Shown here one piece after another: positions 42,520-48,240 of a stretch of 48,240 nt of DNA (the stretch's first letter is position 1; every line of letters begins with the position of its first letter). The DNA lies in NCBI GenBank assembly GCA_035572845.1, contig DATNAF010000086.1, forward strand, positions 1-48,240, written 5' to 3'. The notes below the pieces were generated by a model that did not search any database, had not been told where the DNA came from, and worked only from the letters and a program-made list of their open reading frames with translations. The position numbers and the translations under genes were made by a program. This DNA comes from Terriglobales bacterium. GTDB lineage: Bacteria; Acidobacteriota; Terriglobia; Terriglobales; Acidobacteriaceae.

Positions 42520-45500
42520 GAGGAAACCCCACGATGCGGAGAGTTCTTATCCATCTCACCATCCAGGATCACGTTGCCAATTTCGGCGTATCCCCCTGTG
42601 CCCACAGCGGAGAACTCCACAAAGAGTCTCTGGCCGCCAATCTCCAGCACCGCTTCATGATCGTTCTGTGCTGGATAAGACATAGTGGCTACGGGAGCGG
42701 CGTAGGTGTTCTGGGGGAGAGCTCCTAAGGTATTTGAATAGAATTTCTTGGCATATTGGCCTACACCCTCAATCGTGGCCGCGAAGTAATACCAGACCCT
42801 GCGCAAAGCGCCCAAACCAGGCTGCATCTGCCCTTGCTTGGCCTTGGTAAATCCATAGGTCGTATAGAGCCAGTTAATCGGAGCTCCATCATCGGTATTC
42901 TGTCCGCCCGAAGCTGCTCCATCGATGAGCTGGTAGATTTTGCTGGTGCTGGTGCCATTACAGAGAAACAATGGCTGGCTCATGCCGTCCTGACGAGTGA
43001 TGAACTCAGCTACCGGAGAAGCAATCTGCCACAGCGACCACTTGCGCCGCATGTCCAGCGCCTTCAAGTCTCCAAACATCGTTGTATGCACTGGCAACGC
43101 CTCAGCAAGTTCTGCCGCTGTGGGGCATCCGGTAAAGTTGCACATCAGGATGACGTTCGGCTGTGCTGGCGTGGATGCAGCGGCCTTCGGCAGCCAGAAG
43201 TTCGGTGTAATCATCGGAACGCCGACATAAAGCTGTCGTTTCTCTGTCGAAAAGCGTGTCCAGATCGTCTTTGCGGCTGCCCAGTTGATCGTCTCCCAAA
43301 TGCTTCCATTGGCTCCGGTCGATTGCAGCTCACGAGAAATAGGCATCGGCTTGCCACCGTCGAACAAATAGAGTCCAGGACGGCTGGCCTTGATCGAGAA
43401 TTCCTCTTCCGAATAAAAGGCATTCGGCCCAACGCTTCCCGCGCCCTGCGAAGAAAGAGGCACGTTCCATTGGTTCGGCTCGTAGTTAGGGGAGTCCTGC
43501 GTCACGCAGCAGGAAGCAGTCTTTTCGATATAAAGCTGTTCCAAAATCTGATAGGCACCCTGCGTAGGCTGGGGATTATCCGCCCCACATCCAAGTTGCC
43601 CCGTAACAATATCGATCGATTCGAATTTGCTGACGTAACTCGTCCAAATCGTCGTGGTATCGACAGGTCTCTCTGTCGGGAAAATCTCCACGCGGTCAAT
43701 CTGCACCCCGTCTTCAGGAGTAATCGAAGCAATCTCGATCACCAATTGAAGTGTTGGAGGGATAACTGCAAGAGCGGTCAAAAGAGGCGCGGTTTGGATG
43801 GTGAAACTACCTTGATTGACCGTGAATGTCGCAGAACCAATTGCATCTCCAAAAGCTCCACTCGCATAAGGCCGCAGTGAGATCGTCATCTGCTGTCCGT
43901 CCGCATTCAACGCCCGCCCCTTGAATCGTACCGAATAGGCCGTGTTTGGCTGAAGGATATTGACGCCATAGAAGTCTTGATAAGCAGCCTGGTAAAGCAG
44001 CGGTGTATCTGCCAGGGTCGAGCCGCCTGTATTGAGGACTTGAAGGCTGTTGCCGAAATCTGCCGAATTCACCAATTCCACAGACGTATCTGCAACAGCG
44101 CCCACACTGCTCCAACCCAACGGTAATGGAGAAGGTGCAGGGAGGTAGCCACCGTCAAAGCTCAAATTGATAAAGTTCTGTACCTTCGTTTGGCACAGCC
44201 CGTACATCATTCTGCTTGCATACTGGAAGATCCACGCTGGGCTTCCAATCTCAATCAGGCTAAAGTAATTGTTGCCCTGAACATCGATCTCATCGCTCGC
44301 CAGCAATACCGAATCAGGGAAAGTGAAGGTCGCGGAAGTCGTCACGTTGTCTGGCACGATCAGTGCCGAGGCTGTGTACTCTGTTCCGTTCACCGTAAAC
44401 GTTACAGGCGTGTCATAGGTATAGAAGTTCGCTCCAGGAACGCCGTTCTGGCCGCTCTCCGTGAAGGCGATTCCTCTTGCCGTCACATTCGGAGGTCCGA
44501 TGGGTATCTGAGTCGCCGCGATACTCTGCGTATTGCTTGGAATGCTGACAACGACGGGGTTTGCAGGAAATGTTACTGCACCGTTGCGCGTAATAAAGAA
44601 AACGGTCCCTTGCTTGATTCCAGGGGTCAAAAACGTCTCTGCCGCCGCGGTGAACGTAAGTGATCCTCCAACCGTGCTATTCCCAAAGATCGGGTCGGTA
44701 GATGTTCCTACATCCGCGGCGCCGGGGTCGAAACAGAAGACGGTTCCCGCCGTTGTTCCCTGCCCGCTCTCTGCAACGGCGGTAGCGTCTGGCAAGGAAA
44801 CATTAATTGTGAACGAACCAGACGCTCCACCTGTGGAAGATGCAATGACGAGGTTCGCGCCATTCAACTTGCCACCATCGTTCAGTGTTCCGGTAATCGT
44901 GATGAGTTGCGCAGCGCTGGGCGCTGAACCGGAGATCAGCGTGTACTGATACGTTGCAACACCGGATAAAACGGAGGTCTGCGTTATAGCCACAGCTCCC
45001 GAATTAAGTGTCTGCGTAATAATCCAGGTCGAATTCCACGCGCTTGGCGTCGTTCCTGTCGCGACAATCTGATTGCCTACACTCAAACCCGGAACAGGTG
45101 CTACGGTCGTCAGGGTCGCCAGAGATTGCTGATAGGTGACCGTATAAGTTGAATGTCCAGACCCCTGATAATACTGATAGGCCGAGGTCGGAAGGGTGTA
45201 GGTGAAGTAATAGAAAGCTCGTGGCTGTCCAGGGGGGCTTGCTAGCCCTACGGAGGTCACCTGCACCACATACGGCCCCTGAGTTGGGATGCCCGTACCG
45301 GTGAACGTCATGTAAAGATAGACTGCATTCCCTGAATTGACAGCAGCAATCAGTGCTGGGTCGCCACTGCTAAGGGTGGAATCAGCGTAGTAGACGGTAA
45401 CATTGTTTCCTGCTGACGTATTCCCAACGCCCGCCGATTGCAGGAAGTAGCTGAATCCCCAAACCATCTGTGCTGGCTGCGTAATCGTCGAAATCGCAAA

Positions 45501-46457
45501 CGCATCCGTACTCGCCTGCTGAGGTGTGAAGACAGGAGCCGCGCCGGGCCCAACCTGCGTAATCCGGTCACACCACTGGCCGTTGTACTGCATCGGCTGG
45601 CTTGTCCCTTGCGTCAGGTCGGAGTAGGCCATGTATGCACTGCCGTTCGCATCTACGCCCTTCATGTAGCTGCCGGGAACCACCGGAGGAATCAGCCCGG
45701 CACGAACAAGGATGTTCGGGTTGTTGGTTACATCCTCTTGCCAGACAAGGCCCAGCGCGTCCAACGCCAGAGTCGTCAAATCCGCATCAATCTCCGCACT
45801 TAGCAGCCCATTGAAGTTCGTCTGGCCCTCGCTGCCATAAATCGTGATCTGGCAGTAATCGAGAGCGATGGTGGCAGCCGTAGGCGAAGTTGCCCAAAGC
45901 AGAACGCCGAAATTCGTCGCATCTACGTCAGAATAGGTCCATGCCGCGCCCCACGGATCGGTTGTTCCGCCTAGCGTTACAAACCCGCTGGCGGAGGGAA
46001 GGGAGATGGACTTCACATTTCCCACCGCAACGCCTGCCTTCAGGAGTTGCGCGTAGATCACTGCGTTGGACGCATATCCTTTCACTGCAACCTCAATCCC
46101 GCCAATGCTGGATGTAGAAGGAACGGCGAGATTGAACTCAGTGATTTGCAGCGTGTCCGTCGTAAGAGGAGAGACGACGGTCGAAGTTGTAAATACGCCA
46201 TCGTTGGCAAGAATGTTGGTGGGCGATGTCCAGGAATTGCCTTGCGTATTGTTATCAGATACGGCCCCTCCACCGTTCGGACCAAACGAGGCGCTCCCGT
46301 AGGAATAAACATTTTTCTGCCCAGCACGCTGGATGACGCGCCCAACAATGTAGTCCGTATCGTAAGTTCTCGGACTTGCACCTTCGGGCACGTCTTCAGG
46401 CCTGGCCGTACAAACCAAACCACCCAACGTATCTAAAACAACAGGCTGTCCAGGCAT
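42516..46457 (-). CDS. 1313-aa virion protein (tail/nozzle or baseplate-like, function unassigned)
   Basis: Long uninterrupted ORF in the late operon. Its start shares one nt with the upstream stop. Confidence 0.6.
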   Translation of the reverse strand: MPGQPVVLDTLGGLVCTARPEDVPEGASPRTYDTDYIVGRVIQRAGQKNVYSYGSASFGPNGGGAVSDNNTQGNSWTSPTNILANDGVFTTSTVVSPLTTDTLQITEFNLAVPSTSSIGGIEVAVKGYASNAVIYAQLLKAGVAVGNVKSISLPSASGFVTLGGTTDPWGAAWTYSDVDATNFGVLLWATSPTAATIALDYCQITIYGSEGQTNFNGLLSAEIDADLTTLALDALGLVWQEDVTNNPNILVRAGLIPPVVPGSYMKGVDANGSAYMAYSDLTQGTSQPMQYNGQWCDRITQVGPGAAPVFTPQQASTDAFAISTITQPAQMVWGFSYFLQSAGVGNTSAGNNVTVYYADSTLSSGDPALIAAVNSGNAVYLYMTFTGTGIPTQGPYVVQVTSVGLASPPGQPRAFYYFTYTLPTSAYQYYQGSGHSTYTVTYQQSLATLTTVAPVPGLSVGNQIVATGTTPSAWNSTWIITQTLNSGAVAITQTSVLSGVATYQYTLISGSAPSAAQLITITGTLNDGGKLNGANLVIASSTGGASGSFTINVSLPDATAVAESGQGTTAGTVFCFDPGAADVGTSTDPIFGNSTVGGSLTFTAAAETFLTPGIKQGTVFFITRNGAVTFPANPVVVSIPSNTQSIAATQIPIGPPNVTARGIAFTESGQNGVPGANFYTYDTPVTFTVNGTEYTASALIVPDNVTTSATFTFPDSVLLASDEIDVQGNNYFSLIEIGSPAWIFQYASRMMYGLCQTKVQNFINLSFDGGYLPAPSPLPLGWSSVGAVADTSVELVNSADFGNSLQVLNTGGSTLADTPLLYQAAYQDFYGVNILQPNTAYSVRFKGRALNADGQQMTISLRPYASGAFGDAIGSATFTVNQGSFTIQTAPLLTALAVIPPTLQLVIEIASITPEDGVQIDRVEIFPTERPVDTTTIWTSYVSKFESIDIVTGQLGCGADNPQPTQGAYQILEQLYIEKTASCCVTQDSPNYEPNQWNVPLSSQGAGSVGPNAFYSEEEFSIKASRPGLYLFDGGKPMPISRELQSTGANGSIWETINWAAAKTIWTRFSTEKRQLYVGVPMITPNFWLPKAAASTPAQPNVILMCNFTGCPTAAELAEALPVHTTMFGDLKALDMRRKWSLWQIASPVAEFITRQDGMSQPLFLCNGTSTSKIYQLIDGAASGGQNTDDGAPINWLYTTYGFTKAKQGQMQPGLGALRRVWYYFAATIEGVGQYAKKFYSNTLGALPQNTYAAPVATMSYPAQNDHEAVLEIGGQRLFVEFSAVGTGGYAEIGNVILDGEMDKNSPHRGVSS

Positions 46458-47347
46458 CAGGCTTTCTGGAACTTCGCCTCAAACCGGATTACGTCATTCA
46501 GCACCCCAGATGGATAGGCACCCGCGGCAAGGTTCGCCATGGGCAGTGAGACAGCGGCCGCGCCCACCTGCACAAACAGAACGCCTGTCGTGCGTGAGTA
46601 GCTGTAGGAATAGCCGGAGGCCAACTCTGACCAGGCAGCCACCGAAAACGGCTGTGGCGGATTGATGCCCGAAGCGGTTCCGGTTCCGGTCGCGCCGGTC
46701 GCGCTGGACGCGATGGTGAAAGCGGTTCCAGTAGAGCTGAGGACGGTGAACGTCTTGCCGCTGATGGCCGTTCCGATTCCAGAACTTGCCGATGTAATGA
46801 CGACCTGCGCACCAGGAAGGTAGGTATTCGCCGCCGTGACGGTGACAATTCCGCCAGAAGCAGAAAGCGCCGTAACCGTCGCGGCAATAGCTGGATTTCC
46901 GCCTTGCAGCGGATAAACCTTCCCGCCGCTCACCGCTAGGCCCACTTCACTCGTCCCAGTGCCCGTTGCTGAGGAGAGGAAAGTAAACTGTGTTGCACTG
47001 GCCGTAGCAACTGTGACCGTGACGCCATTCAGAAGAAGGCCCGGCACCGAGGTATTGCCCACAAACGTCACCTGCTGGCCCACGGAGAAGTTGTTCGCCG
47101 CGGTAGCAGTCACCGTACCCGCTGACGCCGAGAATGCCGTCACGAGCGCCGTGGAGTTGCCATGTGTGCCTTCACCGAGACGGTTGATCTCGTTATAACC
47201 AACGCCGGTAATGACGTTCGTCCAGTTCAGGGGTTCGCCGGTCGAAACTGCCGAGCCTGCAAGGGCGATGGAGCCGGACCATGTATCGACCTGACTTGCA
47301 ATGTCGCGTCCACCGGGAAACGGATCGAGAAGAATTTGATTTGCCAT
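46457..47347 (-). CDS. Virion protein with two internal approx. 60-aa beta-rich repeats
   Basis: VTAFSASAGTVTATAANNFSVGQQVTFVGN...FTFLSSATGTGT and VTALSASGGIVTVTAANTYLPGAQVVITSA...FTIASSATGATGTGT. Confidence 0.55.
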   Translation of the reverse strand: MANQILLDPFPGGRDIASQVDTWSGSIALAGSAVSTGEPLNWTNVITGVGYNEINRLGEGTHGNSTALVTAFSASAGTVTATAANNFSVGQQVTFVGNTSVPGLLLNGVTVTVATASATQFTFLSSATGTGTSEVGLAVSGGKVYPLQGGNPAIAATVTALSASGGIVTVTAANTYLPGAQVVITSASSGIGTAISGKTFTVLSSTGTAFTIASSATGATGTGTASGINPPQPFSVAAWSELASGYSYSYSRTTGVLFVQVGAAAVSLPMANLAAGAYPSGVLNDVIRFEAKFQKA

Positions 47348-47348
47348 A

Positions 47349-47373
47349 GAAAAACCCGCCTCCTTGGCGGGTT
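47349..47373 (-). terminator. Intrinsic terminator/attenuator hairpin that contains the next gene's Shine-Dalgarno sequence
   Basis: The minus strand reads ACCCGCC-AAGGA-GGCGGGT followed by TTTTTCT and then ATG (47347). AGGAGG spans the loop and 3' stem. Confidence 0.6.
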
Positions 47374-47403
47374 ATTGCGGTTATGCGCTCCTCGCGCAGT
47401 GGA

Positions 47404-48234
47404 TTATTGCCCGAAGTTCAAGACTGGCGCCGCTTCCGTCCCATACGCCAAGGTTTGATAGTTCGTGCCCTGTTTTCTGTGAACCTGCTCGTTCAAAAAG
47501 TCGTTAGTGGCCTGCACTTCTTCCTGCAAAGCAATCTGGTACATCCCGCCACCCTGCCTGCGCGCGTACATCCGGCCAATCTTTCGCGCAATAGCCTCTT
47601 CGCAGTCCAGAATCGGGACATAGGTTGTAGCTGGGTTGGCGCTCTGTACAAACTTCGCCTGCAACAGCATCAGGTAACGAAGTCTGAGGTCTCTGTAATC
47701 CAGAGAACCCGGCGTCCAGACCATATCGTTACGCCATTCCCAGCGCCCCCAGCCGTTCGTCTGGTAAACCCCAGCCATGCCATCGGAAGGTTCACCCATA
47801 TCCGCGAAGGTGTCATTGGAAGCCGTTTCACGTTCCCAGCAGCGCACCACCTGAAAGACGCCAGCAGGCAATGCATACGAAGCGTGCCATTCCGTCCCAT
47901 CAAAGTAGCCGTTAGTTCCAATGGCCACCTGCACGGATGGATCGGCCACCTGCAAACCCTGTGGCCCGTTGATCGGAGGAATGTCCGAGATAATGTAGTT
48001 GTCCGTAATCAGCATCGGCGCATTCTGGAGCCGCAACTGTCTGCATAGTTCACGAACGGCTGAATTGAAGAAGTTCGCCATCGTGATGCTGATGCCCAGA
48101 TTATCGACAAGAATTTGGCCCTCGCCGATAGTATTCGTCGCTCCAGCCATATCGTCGCGCACGTCGGAACGCACGAGATTCGTGATGGTCTGGATGCTCG
48201 GATAGCTGGTAACGTCAACGAGTACAGTAGGCAT
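47404..48234 (-). CDS. 276-aa virion-module hypothetical protein (full-length copy of the gene truncated at the window start)
   Basis: Complete ORF. It follows the head genes in the circular order of the unit. Confidence 0.65.
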   Translation of the reverse strand: MPTVLVDVTSYPSIQTITNLVRSDVRDDMAGATNTIGEGQILVDNLGISITMANFFNSAVRELCRQLRLQNAPMLITDNYIISDIPPINGPQGLQVADPSVQVAIGTNGYFDGTEWHASYALPAGVFQVVRCWERETASNDTFADMGEPSDGMAGVYQTNGWGRWEWRNDMVWTPGSLDYRDLRLRYLMLLQAKFVQSANPATTYVPILDCEEAIARKIGRMYARRQGGGMYQIALQEEVQATNDFLNEQVHRKQGTNYQTLAYGTEAAPVLNFGQ

Positions 48235-48240
48235 AATTTT
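47744..48240. repeat. Right copy of the diverged long direct repeat (partner 1-497)
   Basis: See the left copy: 462 of 497 positions are identical by hand alignment. Confidence 0.9.

Larger units (their letters stand above)
1..47743. mobile_element. One repeat unit of a temperate tailed-phage genome (lysogeny, early/recombination/replication, packaging-head and tail-fibre-lysis modules)
   Basis: Integrase plus tRNA-derived att core. ERF, exonuclease and DUF1376 replication genes. TerS and TerL, then portal-scaffold-capsid order, then fibre, depolymerase and GH24 lysozyme. Window positions 1-497 recur at 47744-48240, giving a 47,743-bp period. Confidence 0.8.

Noticed and set aside
42756-43880. 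374-aa plus-strand ORF
   Set aside because: It is antisense to the 1313-aa virion gene, has an Arg-rich low-complexity translation and no SD, so it is spurious.

Overview
The window is almost exactly one unit of a temperate tailed-phage genome, with nearly all genes on the minus strand and tightly coupled by ATGA, GTGA or TAATG overlaps. Reading right to left, 26.3-13.8 kb holds an early, recombination and replication module. It contains a cold-shock-like gene, a split pentapeptide-repeat gene, an ERF annealase, a PD-(D/E)XK exonuclease, an HNH-like gene, a DUF1376 replication gene carrying an internal iteron array, DUF1064, an ASCH-like gene and an XRE regulator. A terminator and a cluster of small membrane/lipoprotein genes follow, then an AT-rich plus-strand cassette. 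Next come TerS, TerL, putative portal, scaffold and capsid genes, and a GroES-like gene. The late operon continues from the right end of the window with large virion proteins, a 1200-aa fibre-like protein, a GH16 plus beta-helix depolymerase and a GH24 lysozyme. The lysogeny region at 26.4-29.9 kb holds an attP-type 3' fragment of tRNA-Arg(ACG), a tyrosine integrase, two ribbon-helix-helix genes, a packed three-tRNA cluster (one atypical) and a GT2 glycosyltransferase. The main oddities are listed here. (1) The window starts and ends in the same gene in two diverged alleles 47,743 bp apart, and 33 of their 35 mismatches fall at third-codon positions. This suggests a tandem pair of related prophages or a polymorphic circular/concatemeric genome. 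(2) Three consecutive late-operon proteins carry classical Sec signal peptides. (3) The replication gene contains helically phased iterons. (4) A 2-nt insertion splits a pentapeptide-repeat gene. (5) Gene-start junction sequences recur with micro-ORF scars. Most structural proteins have no motif I can recognise, so their functions are assigned by position only. No CRISPR array, rRNA or transposase was seen.
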